DNA of 63,892 bases, filler included, from Pirum gemmata (taxonomy: Eukaryota), in NCBI GenBank assembly GCA_002812295.1. It is 18 parts of 18 records of this genome, joined end to end, with 100 filler letters (N's around TTAATTAATTAA, not from the genome) between each part and the next. Parts side by side here need not be neighbours in the genome. Positions count along the whole stretch, not along the records: positions 39,308 to 42,563 come from PDIN01002510.1; positions 42,664 to 46,114 come from PDIN01002511.1; positions 46,215 to 49,634 come from PDIN01002512.1; positions 49,735 to 53,191 come from PDIN01002513.1; 14 more parts are not named here. The stretch is one strand, 5' to 3'. The notes under the pieces were generated by a model. The model had not been told where the DNA came from. It was given only the letters and a program-made list of their open reading frames with translations, and ran no database searches. This document shows, one piece after another, positions 39,208-51,690 of this stretch. Every line of letters begins with the position of its first letter. Position 1 is the first letter of the stretch. Position numbers and translations under genes: made by a program.

Positions 39208-39415
39208 NNNNNNNNNNNNNNNNNNNNNNNNNNNNNNNNNNNNNNNNNNNNTTAATTAATTAANNNNNNNNNNNNNNNNNNNNNNNNNNNNNNNNNNNNN
39301 NNNNNNNCTACTACTACCACTACCACTACTAGTACAACTCAGTACAACGTGGTTATATATATTATATATTTTTCTTATGGATATTTGTTTGTTCATTTAT
39401 TTATTTTAAACCTAG

Positions 39416-42374
39416 AATGCAATTCCACGTCATGAGGTTAATCCTGAGAGTATTTTTAAAGTAGCTTACGATGCCACTATTGCTATTGCACAAGAAAGAG
39501 AGGCTGAAGGAGGTAATTAATGATTTATGATATTAGCATTTTATTAGTTATTAGTTATCATTTTTATCGGTATTAGTTTTTAGTTATTATACTACCCATT
39601 GTTATGATTATGATTATGACTATGACTATGATTACGATTATATATATTTATTTTGCCTTTTCTCCTTTTTGTTATTGTTAATGTGTTACTAATCAATGTG
39701 TTACTAATAAACGTGTTACTAATATACAACATCCTTTTACCTCTATAATGATCATATACAGATTTAGAGACAGAGCAGGCTGCTTTATCATCATCATCAT
39801 CATCATCATTATCATATTCTTTATCATCAGTTTATTCGGAGGCAATCCCAAATTCAACAACAAAGACCGAAGCAGACACTGACATAGAAACCTCGACCTC
39901 AACATTACCAATACCACCGACATCTACCCCAACTACCTCCATTTTCACGCCAGAGAAGAACGACAACAAAGTAAAACATCGTAATATCATTTGTGATTTA
40001 TGCGATAAGACTATCGAAGGGGTACGCTATAAATGTGGTGAATGTTTTGACTTTGATTTGTGTGAGCCATGTGAAAAAAGAGCATTTGAAGAGAAAATAA
40101 CTTTCCCTCAACATCATGTAGACCACATTTTGATGAAAATTAGAAAACCCATTATACTCAATCCTGTTGCCTATTCAATGATGACTAATACCTCTGCTTA
40201 CCATAATCCGATGCTTTCACAATATCAAAAACCAAGGAATTTTAATTATCGCCATGGACATAGTTATAGTCATGGTCATAATCATAGTCATGGACATAGT
40301 CATGGACATGGACATGGACATGGGCATGGACATGGACATGGACATGGGCATGGACATGGACATGGCAATAGTCATAGTCATAGTGATAGTCATGGTCATA
40401 GTGATGGTCGTGGACATGGACATGGACATGGTCATGACCATAATATTAATAGTGATAGCCATTGTCAAAATCATGGTCAAAATCATGCACAAAATCATGT
40501 TCAAAATCATGGTCAAAGTAATAGTCATGGTGGTTATGGTCATATGGGTAGCAGCAATATATATGGTGGATATGCTAATGGTTGTGAGAAGAGAAATAGT
40601 AGTTATGGACGACCTGGTAACCATAATCATAGCCATAAACATAAGCATAAAAGAAACAATTACCACCAATTCCAACATGATAATAACTGGTCTAAAGAAG
40701 AAAAGGGAGAAAGAATAGAAATAAGTAAAAAAATAATTCAAGAGCAAGAAAAGAAAGTAGATAAAGACAAAGTCAAACATGTTGTTGAAGATACCACTTC
40801 TTCCGACGCCTCAAACAGTTCTTTTTCAAAAACAGGTAATTTAAGTTAGTTACGGTTACGGTTTCGGTTAGAGTTAGGGTTACGGTTTCGGTTAGAGTTA
40901 GGGTTCGAGTTAAGTTAGAGTTAGGGTTAGAGTTCGAGTTAAGAGTTAGAGTTAGGGTTAGGGTTAGAGTTAGAGTTATAATTAAGAATCAGAGTTAAGA
41001 GTTTATAAATTTAAGCTTGACTTTTTCGCTTTTTGGTGTTACTATTATTGTTATTTTTTTCATGATAATAGCTCTTTTTTAAAGACTGATATTTTTTAGT
41101 TTTTTAGGGTTGGAGTTATGGTTAGATGGTTAGATGGTTGGCTACTTAGGGCTGGGCTTACGGGTTTAAAAAACATTGTGTTAGGGTTAAGCAGGTTTAA
41201 GAATGGTTATTGTTAGTTTTTTAGGATCAGAATTAGATGTTCGAGCCCTTAGGGTAGAGTATAGGTGTTTTAAAAATTGATTTTTTTGTTATTGTTATTA
41301 TTATTTCGAATTTTTTTTTTTTTGACTTTTTATTTAGCTTTTCTTGGCTCTGTTAATTTTTGCTGTTTGTTGATTCTTGTTTGTTGTTAATTGTTGTTAT
41401 TGTTAACTGTTATTGTTGTTTTGTATTGAGTGTTAATTTTGTTTGTTGTTGGGGGGTTTTTTTTTGCTTATTTTTCTTTCACTGACTATGTCGGGGGGGG
41501 GGGGGGTTTGTTTTTTTTTTTTTTTTTTATTTTAATGTTTTAATTTATAACTGATGTTTATTTTTTAATAATAATACAACAGAAATGAAAAAAATAGCCA
41601 AAATAGCTAGAAAAGAAGCAAGAAAACAAAAAAAAGAGGCAAAAATCAATGCTTTTACCATTGCATTGGAACGTCTGGAAATGGAAAGACTTGCGCAAAC
41701 AAAGGCATCCTCCTCCTCCTCCTCGGAATCTGTCCCAGAAATCAGAAAAACATTCAACACGTTAGTAACGGAACTTGAAATTGAACCTAAACCTGAAGCT
41801 AAACCTGAAACTGAAGCTGAAGTTGAAGTTGAAGTTGAAGCTAAAGTTAAAGCTAAAGTTGAAGCTAAAGTTGAAGCTAAAGTTGAAGCTAAAGTTGAAG
41901 CTGAAGTTGAAGCTGAAGTTGAAGCTGAAGTTGAAGCTGAAGTTGAAGCTGAAGTTGAACCTGAACCTGAACCGGAAGTTGAACAACCTGAACCTGAACC
42001 TGAACCTGAACCTGAACCTGAACCTGAACCTGAACCTGAACCTGAACCTGAACCTGAACCTGAAGTTGAAACTAAAGTTGAACCTGAACCTGAACCTGAA
42101 GTTGAAACTAAAGTTGAACCTGAAACTGAACCTGAAGTTGAACCTGAAGTTGAACCTGAACCTGAACCTGAAGTTGAACCTGAACCTGAACCTGAACCAG
42201 TTCGTGAAGCTGGATTTTCGGCTGAGTTTGTTACCGATATTAATTTGGTTCGAGGTTCTACTGTAGTATTAGGTTAGTGTAATTATTATTATTATTGTTA
42301 TTCCTTATTTAAAAAATATTTTAATTGTTTGTTAGTTGTTTATTATAAAAATGTTTTTTATTAGGTTAGTGTTA

Positions 42375-42407
<33 letters not shown>

Positions 42408-42563
42408 GTTCGTTATTTAAAATGTTTTAATTGTTAGTTGTTTATTATACAAATGTTTTTTTAATATATGGCAGAGTAATACTACAAGTCAGCAGTTAAT
42501 AATGAGTTTTATAATCATTTTGAATAGGTAAAGAATTTTTGAAAACTTGGAAAGTTATTAACA
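39416..42563 (+). CDS. NBR1: NBR1-like selective autophagy receptor (ZZ zinc finger plus start of FW domain); exons 39416-39512, 39762-40835, 41583-42272, 42528 to contig end
   Basis: [35 protein letters not shown]...H..DHILMKI; FW start: [30 protein letters not shown]; all junctions GT-AG and phase-compatible. Confidence 0.8.
40845..41002 (+). repeat. Intronic telomere-variant hexamers (TTACGG, TTAGAG, TTAGGG)
   Basis: Starts ~10 bp after the donor at 40836. Confidence 0.85.
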
Positions 42564-42663
42564 NNNNNNNNNNNNNNNNNNNNNNNNNNNNNNNNNNNNN
42601 NNNNNNNTTAATTAATTAANNNNNNNNNNNNNNNNNNNNNNNNNNNNNNNNNNNNNNNNNNNN

Positions 42664-44955
42664 AAAATTACTTTAAATAGTATAATAGCTACTATTAATA
42701 GAAGCTTCTAAATAGTAGCTACTATTTATAGCTATATAAATACTATTTATGGTAACTGCGAAGTGGCGAATAGCCTTCCACTTCACCCCTCGCCCTTAAA
42801 TGTTCGCAAAGGGGGTGCAAATCAGGTATTTGATACAGGATCTTTTACTTTGAGTAAAAGTTTTGTTATTGATTTAATTAATTTATTTTATGATTTTAAT
42901 GTTACCATAACTTTTAATTTTAAGAGTAATAATAATTTACGTGTTGATAAAACATCGTTTTTCAAAAATTTTCCTATAACTGAATTGAGCAAGTTATCAA
43001 ATTTTTTAACCAACTCCAAATCGAAAACGAAAACAGTAAAATTTTCAATTAATGAATTAATTGATCGGTTTAAATCATACGGATATGAATTCCACTCGAA
43101 AATATGCGATTTAGATATTTGTAGGAATATATCAAAATCTTCATGTATCTAATGTAAATTGTTTAGAACAATTTGCCGATAGTTTTTGTTGTATATGCTT
43201 CAATGAGTTTACTCCATCTATTTCTATAGAAATTGAATTCAGCCTACTGAGTAGACAATTATATTACAGTGATGGCTCTTGTAAAATAAAAGGCATTCAT
43301 GCGTTAAATGTTTGTAAAAAATGTTTTGATAAATCAATGACAAATTGTACCGAATTAAATCCACATGAAAGACATTATTTTGAAATTGTACGAGAAACAA
43401 TGTTTCGATTAAATAATGATTGTGAAAGTGAATAAACTTTAATCTTTCAGATAAATCAAACTTAAATTTAGATAAACTTTTTATATTATAGTCTTTGAGT
43501 TCTGCATATAAAATATTCGATTCAGGATAGTAACACTTCTTCTTTTATTTCTGGAGAATATGGGGAAATACTCATTTATGTTTTATTTACAAATAAAAAT
43601 TTAGTTTTTAAAAATATTTAAGCTTTCAATTAATCATCATTAAATATTTTTAATTGAGAATTTATATTATTTGATAAGTATTTAACAGCAAGTTAAATGT
43701 ATTTGGTATTATTAATTATTTTGTTCCCTAACGTTAGGGTTAGGGTTAGGGTTAGGATGAGGGTTAGGATTATAAGGAATAGGATCTGTTAGGGTTAGGT
43801 GAGGGGTAGAGTTTACTAATGTTTAGGGTTGCTATTAAGAATAGGATTAAGGTTAGAATTAGGGTTAATAAGGTTTGGGTAGGGAACTGTTAACGTGAGG
43901 GTGAGTGGAAAATTTAATAGTGAAAATTTTGATGGGTCCATAAAAGAATTCTTTTTCAGATTGACAGGTAGGTGGTCTTACAAGGGAATAATAAACAAAT
44001 AAATAATTATAATTTGAATAATAATAATAATAATAATAATTCTCAGTTATTATATTTTGATAATGAAAACAATATCATAATAATAATTGACAATGACAAG
44101 GGCAACGATCATAGTTTGGTTTTATTATCGTATTTTTCAATTACCAAATTATCATAGTAAAACTATCAGGCATGTTTTAATTAATTAATTGGTTATTGTA
44201 TAATTATTAATGTAGTATTTTATAAAAATGTTCAATTATACACTTAAACAGTACCAAATTAAACACTGAAAGGCCAATTATAATATCAACTACGTACGTA
44301 TACGAATGAAACCTAAACCCATAGCCCCGCTCACTCGTTAACCCTAACCCTAACCCTATAACCCTAACCCCGCTTTCCCTAGCCCTACCCCCCCTTTCCC
44401 TAACCCTAACCCTATCCACCTAGACCCTACGCCTACTCCTAACCCAAATCTTACACCTAAGTCAAACCCCTTATAACTAGACTACCATCATACCCTGGTC
44501 TAGCTAGTAGCTACAATGGTCTCTGTAATTAGTCTCCTTTAATATATATATATATCATAATATTATATTCTTTTGAGAGATATGATATACCAGATATCAG
44601 TTTTTATTTTTTGATAATATTAGTCTATGCATTATTTCCCATTGAAATAATCGACTTTTTTCTATAAACCTAGCTAGCTACTACTAGCTCTAGCTAGTAG
44701 TAGAGAGCCACAAGTACTAGATCATACTATGGTAGTCTGAGATGGTAGTCTACTAGCTCTGGTACCAAAAGTTCGCCAAAATGAAATTTTTGTGATTAAA
44801 ATTACTTTAAATAGTATAATAGCTACTATTAATAGAAGCTTCTAAATAGTAGCTACTATTTATAGCTATATAAATAATATTTATGGTAACTGCGAAGTGG
44901 TGAATAGCCTTCCACTTCACCCCTCGCCCTTAAAAATGTTCGCAAAGGGGGTGCT
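42664..44955 (+). repeat. ~160 bp direct repeat pair (42664-42819 and 44798-44954), with a diverged third copy near 45712-45845
   Basis: AAAATTACTTTAAATAGTATAATAGCTAC...CCACTTCACCCCTCGCCCTTAAA...TGTTCGCAAAGGGGGTGC occurs twice. Confidence 0.85.
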
Positions 44956-45224
44956 CACCCCTCCTATAATGATAATAAATTTTCACTTTTTTTCTTCTAA
45001 AAATGTAAACATTTTTTACTACTTTTGGTATTAAAAGAAAAAAATATACAAATTTAGAATCCAAAAATAGAAATATGTCAATTATCAAATAATAATACCG
45101 GTAATAATAATAATTTTATTATTATTATTGATACCGGTATATCATAGAGTAAAAAAAAAGCAAAAAAGACTAAAAATTTCTCAAAAGAATATCGTGCCTT
45201 TCATTTATTCAGTGACTGCAGTCC

Positions 45225-45472
45225 CCAATTTCCGGTCAAGTACAGCTTCAAATACCCCTACCTACCTACCCCTCGACGTTAATTTCCTGTCAAATACCAC
45301 CTACCTACTTACCCCTTGACGTGACTAGATTCTAGAAGCATTTTCATAGAATTTTTAATCAAATAATACGTCACGTCAAGGGGTAGGTAGGTAGGTAATA
45401 TTTGACTGGAAATTAACGTCGAGGGGTAGGTAGGTAAGGGTATTTGAAGCTGTATTTGACCGGAAATTGGCG
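45225..45472. mobile_element. Inverted pair of family A elements
   Basis: Arms of ~100 bp at 45225-45324 and 45370-45470; spacer ~45 bp. Confidence 0.88.
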
Positions 45473-46032
45473 TCGTTACATTTAAATAAAATATAATAGA
45501 TATTAGATTATTATTTTTTAAATCATATGATATAAAAAAAAAAGGAAAATCTCAACACATTTTTTTTGATGAGATATATATGATATAAAAAAAAAAGGAA
45601 ATCTCAACACACATTTTTTTTGATGAGATATACATAATATCTAAAGGAGGGATGAGATGACGTCATCTTACCAATTGGACGCTCGGACCGGCGAACTTAC
45701 AGAAATTTGCCTAAAGTTACTATAAATAGTATAATAAACTCTTTTTAAAGTAACTACTTAAATAGGTAGCTACTAAATAAATAATTACAAATACTAAATA
45801 TGGTAAGGCGAAACAGGCAAACAACATTTACTTTGTGCACCCCACTTGACAAAGCCAGGCAGACTCACAGGCAGACTCACAGGCAGACTCCTACCATCTA
45901 TATATAGAAATAAAAACAGTTCATCAAAAAAAAAAAGTTCAAAGAAAGTAAACTACAGTCTACTACTAGTACTAGCTAGTAGTAGTGAGTGGTCGACAGC
46001 CAGCTCAGCAGAACTTCAACAGACCCCACTTT

Positions 46033-46114
46033 TTACGTAACGCCAAGGGGTAGGTAGGTAGGTGGTATTTGACCGGAAATTAACGTCGAGGGGTGGGTAG
46101 GTAAGGGTATTTGA
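46033..46114 (+). mobile_element. MITE-like family A copy, cut by the contig end
   Basis: TTACGTAACGCCAAGGGGTAGGTAGGTAGGTGGTATTTGACCGGAAATTAACGTCGAGGGG. Confidence 0.8.
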
Positions 46115-46214
46115 NNNNNNNNNNNNNNNNNNNNNNNNNNNNNNNNNNNNNNNNNNNNTTAATTAATTAANNNNNNNNNNNNNNNNNNNNNNNNNNNNNN
46201 NNNNNNNNNNNNNN

Positions 46215-46247
<33 letters not shown>

Positions 46248-46556
46248 TTAACAACATGTACAGTATATATACATAATACAATAATCAGTAAAACACTACC
46301 AACTTATTAAAGTTGATTATCGAGCATTCGAGTTTTTGGAAATCTGGCTTTTTGCTTTTCTAAGTGTTTTCGTCTTATTCTGGGAATTTGCTAGGATTTA
46401 ACGAATTCGTCCTGGTTATCACAATAGCCTCCAGTGTTTTGTAGACCGAATGGAAATGTATAATGTATAATAATTACTTATAACTATTACAAATTTTTTA
46501 GTTTCACAGCCCCTTTTGTTGCAAACAGTATTAAAAAAAAACTACACAATTAATTA

Positions 46557-47772
46557 TTATATGTTTTGGCGTTTCCCAACTCCCCCACTCGTACCCATAC
46601 CCATAACTGATTTAAATGTGTCATATATCCACCATTGCATGCCAGTCAAAGTGCCAATCATTAGAATTCGTGCACCTAGTCCGTTGAACATTAAGTTTTT
46701 CATTCCTACTTCTTTTGCTAGTTGTATTGTACTTTTACCCTTATTTTCTAATTTGCCCATTAGAGATACTAATGTATCTGCTGGATGTGAGACAACAGCA
46801 CAAGCAATACCAGCAATGTAACCCGATGCAAAGGTGATACCTATAATAACAAATGATAAATAATTAATAAATAACGTATTACTATTAATATATATAATAT
46901 AATTTTTTGATTAATTAATAATTATTATTTATGATAATGATATAATAATAATACATAAAAAACACTAAAATTTAATAAGAAATAACATTTTTAAATAATA
47001 AAAGTTTGATGATAAAAGTTTAATATTAATTAAATAATAAATTTTATAAAATATGTAATACTAAATTTAATACTAAATACTAAATACTAAATACTAAATA
47101 CTAAATACTAAATACTAATAATAAATAATAATAAATAATAATAATAAGATTAATAATAAATAATAAATAAATAATAAAATTTCAATACCAAATTTAAAAT
47201 ATAATAATATAAACAAATAATAAATAATAAATCTTTTAATAAATAACGAACAAATAATAAAAAATAAAGTTAAATAATAAATAATAAAGAATAAATAACA
47301 TGTTATATATACATTATATAATATAATAAAAAAGTCATACCTAATTGAGTGCTTTTATTATAACTATCTTTTGGATTAGTAAAAACGTGACTATAAAATC
47401 CTTCCACGATTTTTTCAAAAAAGAAAAACTTTGCCATAGTGTACGGAATTTGTCTAGACCACAGAGGAACAATAGAACCATAAGGATAACCACTTAATTT
47501 ATTAATTTTCATATCTGTTCTTGCAGCGGCCAGTGTAGTTGGGAATGTTCCTGTCGGCGAAGTTTGCATTTTTACCTTTAACATTTCCATAGGACACAAT
47601 GCAATGTCGGCAATGAATTCAGCGGACGCAGAACCTGCAAGAAAAATCAATCCTCTATATTTATAAGCATTTTCCTCCCCAGCTACATTACTGTACACAT
47701 CTTTGAAAACTTCATACAATCCAAATTTGCCTAAGCCTTGTAGAGAATAACCTATGGCTGTTGGTGACCAAC
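46557..47772 (-). CDS. SLC25A3: Mitochondrial phosphate carrier (PiC/MIR1 family), last two exons 47772-47341 and 46840-46557
   Basis: GWSPTAIGYSLQGLGKFGLYEVFK; SAEFIADIALCPMEMLKVKMQ; PLWSRQIPYTMAKF; SHPADTLVS; RILMIGTLTGMQWWIYD. Confidence 0.93.
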
Positions 47773-48277
47773 CTAATAATAAGAATAATAAAAATAGTAA
47801 TTATAAATAAATATATATTACTTTAAAAACTGATGAATGTAAATTATTTTATTGTAATATTATTACAATTTTAAATTTAATTGATTAATAATAATAATAG
47901 TTAATAATAATAATAATAATAATATAATGAATCTGAAGAAAATAATCTCTTCCGAATTTTTGAATTTTTCTGCTTTTCTTGTAGTCTATGGCAGTAGTAG
48001 TATTTTTTATTAGTTGAGATTCAAAATGAACAGTTTTAAATTTGGGAGCGTTTTGGGTGAAATATAATATAATAAAAATATGAAGAAGAAAATATTTAAA
48101 ATAATCGGAGGTACTTTGAAACTGAGAACGATGTGCGAAACTATATAAATGAGAAAATTAATATGTATGATATAAAATAATAATAATAATAATAAATTTT
48201 CAAAAAAAACAATAATAATAATAATAATAAAAATAAAAAAAAAATATTAATAATAATAATAATTCGTATTAATAAAT

Positions 48278-48643
48278 ATGCATGTCCTAATCGTTTTCAC
48301 TTTGTATCTTTCCACTACAGCCCTTGGTGCTCCAACATCAACAGAAGGTGCTTGTGTTAATGAAAAAAATCTAATAATTATGGATGAAAATTTTAATGAA
48401 AAACTAGGGAGTTGTGCCCTTAAAGCCTTAGGTAATGGTGAGCGTACTAAATCTTGTCTTGTAACTACCGTTGGTTTAAGTGGGGGCTGTGCTGATTGTT
48501 ATGGTGTCGTTACGTCATGTACTGCTAGGAATTGCTGGTGGAAGTGCATAGGTGGTAGAAATAAAAATTGCGAAACTTGTGTTAACGAATATTGTACTCC
48601 TGCGTTAAACACGTGTACTGGAATCGAATCTCCTCAAAACTAA
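48278..48643 (+). CDS. Small secreted cysteine-rich protein (12 Cys)
   Basis: 121 aa intronless ORF; signal peptide MHVLIVFTLYLSTTALG; CxxC and CxxxC spacings; coding-like composition within AT-rich flanks. Confidence 0.85.
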   Translation: MHVLIVFTLYLSTTALGAPTSTEGACVNEKNLIIMDENFNEKLGSCALKALGNGERTKSCLVTTVGLSGGCADCYGVVTSCTARNCWWKCIGGRNKNCETCVNEYCTPALNTCTGIESPQN

Positions 48644-49749
48644 AAATTCTTTTTTAATTTAATATTATATATTATAGACTACCTAAATTAATAAGTAAAA
48701 CTAGCAAAACCATGTTTTGATACGAAAAATTTAAGTAAAAATGTCCAGAATATATAAACCCGAAAAAGTATGTAAAATAACAAAAAAGTGACATTTTTAA
48801 CTAAAAAATTAAGAATAAAATCGTACAAAATATCATAAATAAGATTGCTCGAGCAGGACCCGACATACTTAGAAAGACGAATAATAATTAGTAATAGTAA
48901 TAGCAATGTATACTTTTTTTTTTGTTTTTAGACTTTAGAGTACGACACTGTAAGAATACAACCCTACTACAACAGTCTACAACCCTAATTTGAACTTCTG
49001 GAGGGTAAGAAACTGAAGAGAACTCTTAAAATAATATAATATTATGGTTTACAATTTTTTATTAATAAAGTGTGATTCGCTGTGGCTCACAGTGGATCCA
49101 AGTGGGGTTTTGCTCCACCGTTTCAATTTAGTACACTCAAAACGTTCTTATCATTATTAGAATTCCCACACACATGTACACATTTATGTAAAATTTTATT
49201 TCCGCTTCGTAAGGCTTACGGTTTTTTACATCAAATTGTATAATATGGTACGGAATAGTAATATCTAGAGCAATATTTTTTCATATTAATTACAATCTCA
49301 GGGGTGGTAGCGAAAGGTGAATTAAAGGTTAATTTACATGTGTAATGCTCAGTATTTACTCTTGAATCTTTCTTAGTTGAAAGATTTATATTGATATTAA
49401 TATTAGTATATCTAATATTTATTATTGGACAATTGTAATTTGAGTAAGAAGTATAAACATCAACGTTTCTTTTTGCAGCTTGAACGTCCGATTTTGCCAT
49501 AGGGGTTTCAATGCAAATTTTAAAGATCGTATAAAGTACTAAATTTAAACTTTTTTTAATAATACGTATACTCTTTAATGTTATTAAAAGTTTATTACGT
49601 TTATTATTATTATTCTTATTATTATTATTATTATNNNNNNNNNNNNNNNNNNNNNNNNNNNNNNNNNNNNNNNNNNNNTTAATTAATTAANNNNNNNNNN
49701 NNNNNNNNNNNNNNNNNNNNNNNNNNNNNNNNNNAGTAGTAGTAGTAGT

Positions 49750-49813
<64 letters not shown>

Positions 49814-49991
49814 AATATCAGTAGTAGTAGTAATATTAATAGTAGTAGTAGTAGTAGTAAATATCAGTAGTAGTAGTAATGTTAATAGTAGTAGTAGTAA
49901 TAGTAGCAGTATAGTAGTTTTTGAAATTAAAGTTTGTTACGAATTTGTTAATGATGATTTTATGTTTTTTCTTTAACTTAATAATTATTAG

Positions 49992-50585
49992 GTTGTACTA
50001 CTGCTGCTATGAATTGGAGTGCTAGTAATGGGCATTTGGAAATAGTTAAATTTCTTCATACTTACAGAGATGAAGGATGTACTAGAAGAGCAATGGATGA
50101 TTCTGCGCATTGGTAAAAGGGTTAGGGTTAGGGTTAAGATTAAGGTCAAGGTTAGAGTTAGAGTTAGAGTTAGAGTTAGAGTTAGAGTTAGAGTTAGAGT
50201 TAGAGTTAGAGTTAGAGTTAGAGTTAGAGTTAGAGTTTAGAGTTAGAGTTAGAATTACAATTGCAATAACAATAGCACTGATAATATAACTAATTCTACT
50301 GATAATACTAATGATAGTAACAATACTAACAGTACTAACAATACTAGCAATAAATAATAATAATAATAATAATAATAATACTAATTATACAATACTAATA
50401 ATGATGCTAATATTAATAATAGGGGTCATTACCAGGTTGTTGTATTCTTGCACGATAATCGCTCAGAAGGTTGTTCAACAAAAGCTATGAACCAAGCATC
50501 TTTAGGTGGTCATTTAGACATCGTTAATTTTCTTCTTAAAAATCGTACTCAAGGCTGTCAGTGTCTAGCTAGAAAAATGGCTTAA
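49992..50585 (+). CDS. Ankyrin-repeat protein (GCTTxAM...GHLxIVxFL type), last two exons 49992-50112 and 50423-50585
   Basis: GCTTAAMNWSASNGHLEIVKFLHTYRDEGCTRRAMDDSAHW|GHYQVVVFLHDNRSEGCSTKAMNQASLGGHLDIVNFLLKNRTQGCQCLARKMA-stop; phase-2 GT-AG intron. Not listed in the ORF track. Confidence 0.9.
50118..50252 (+). repeat. Intronic (GGGTTA)n grading into (GAGTTA)n
   Basis: Starts 5 bp after the donor GT at 50113. Confidence 0.92.
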
Positions 50586-51690
50586 TTAGTGCTTTTTTTT
50601 AAAAAAAAAATTATTTTTGGTCAATTTCTGGCTACTTTCATTTTTTTTGCCCTTAATATAAGTAAATGAGGTTTAAGTCATATTGACGATCTGCCCTTTA
50701 TTAAAATAGTAGTATGAATCAAGTGGCGATTTAGTCATCGTAAACTTTCTTTAAGATCGTACACAAGAATAATGGTTTCGTTAGTAGTTAAAAAAATTAC
50801 TTATGGTCAATTTTTCGCCACTTTCCCTTTTTTTGCCCTTAATATAATTAAATGAGGTTTAAGGCATATTGACGATATACCCTTTATTCAATAGTAGTAT
50901 GAATTAAGTAGCCATTTAGACATCATTAATTTTCTTTTAAAAAAAAAGCGTACTCAAGGCTGTCAGTGTCTAGCTTGAAAAATGGCTTAATTAGGACTTT
51001 TTTTTTAAAAAAAAAAATTACTTATGATCAATTTCTTGCCACTTTCATTTTTTTTCCCTTAATATAAGTAACTGAGGTTTAAGTCATATTGACGATATGC
51101 CCTTTATTAAAATAGTAGTATGAATCAAGTGGCGATTTAGTCATCGTAAACTTTCTTTAAGATCGTACACAAGAATAATGGTTTCGTTAGTATGATACTT
51201 AAAAAAATTACTTTGGTCAAAATTTTCGCCACTTTCTTTTTTTTTTTGTCCTTAATATAAGTAAATGAGGTTTAAGGCATATTGCCGATATGCCCTTTAT
51301 TCAATAGTAGTATGAATCAAGTGGTCATTTAGACATCGTTAATTTTCTTTAAAAATCGTACTCAAGGCTGTCAGTGTCAGTGTCTCAGTGTCTCTAGCTA
51401 GAAAGTACTTACAAAAAAATAACTTATGGTCAATTGCTTGCCATTTTCATTTTTTGCCTTTAATATAAGTAAATGAGGCTTAAGGCATATTGGCGATATG
51501 CCCTTTATTAAAATAGTAGTATAAATCAAGTGGTGATTTAGCCATAGTAAACTTTCTTAAAAATCCTATGCAAAACTGACAGTGTTTAGCTAGAAAAATG
51601 GTTTAATTAGTACTTTAAAAAAAATATTTCTGGTGGATTTCTTGCCACTTTCATTTTTTGCCTTTAATATAAGAAAATGAGGTTTAAGGG
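50500..51690 (+). repeat. Tandem array of about 6 units (~190-220 bp) derived from the ankyrin gene 3' end, with alternating A/B subtypes
   Basis: AAATGAGGTTTAAG(G/T)CATATTG, with variants, near 50663, 50850, 51070, 51263, 51471, 51675. Confidence 0.92.

Noticed and set aside
42763..43152. 129 aa + strand ORF as a gene
   Set aside because: Starts at GTG inside a repeat copy and has no recognisable motif.
45525..45631. ~53 bp tandem duplication
   Set aside because: Real but an ordinary local slippage duplication with no further structure.
49231..49500. 89 aa minus-strand ORF as the missing phosphate carrier N-terminus
   Set aside because: No PxDxxK carrier motif or TM segment; too weak to call as a gene.
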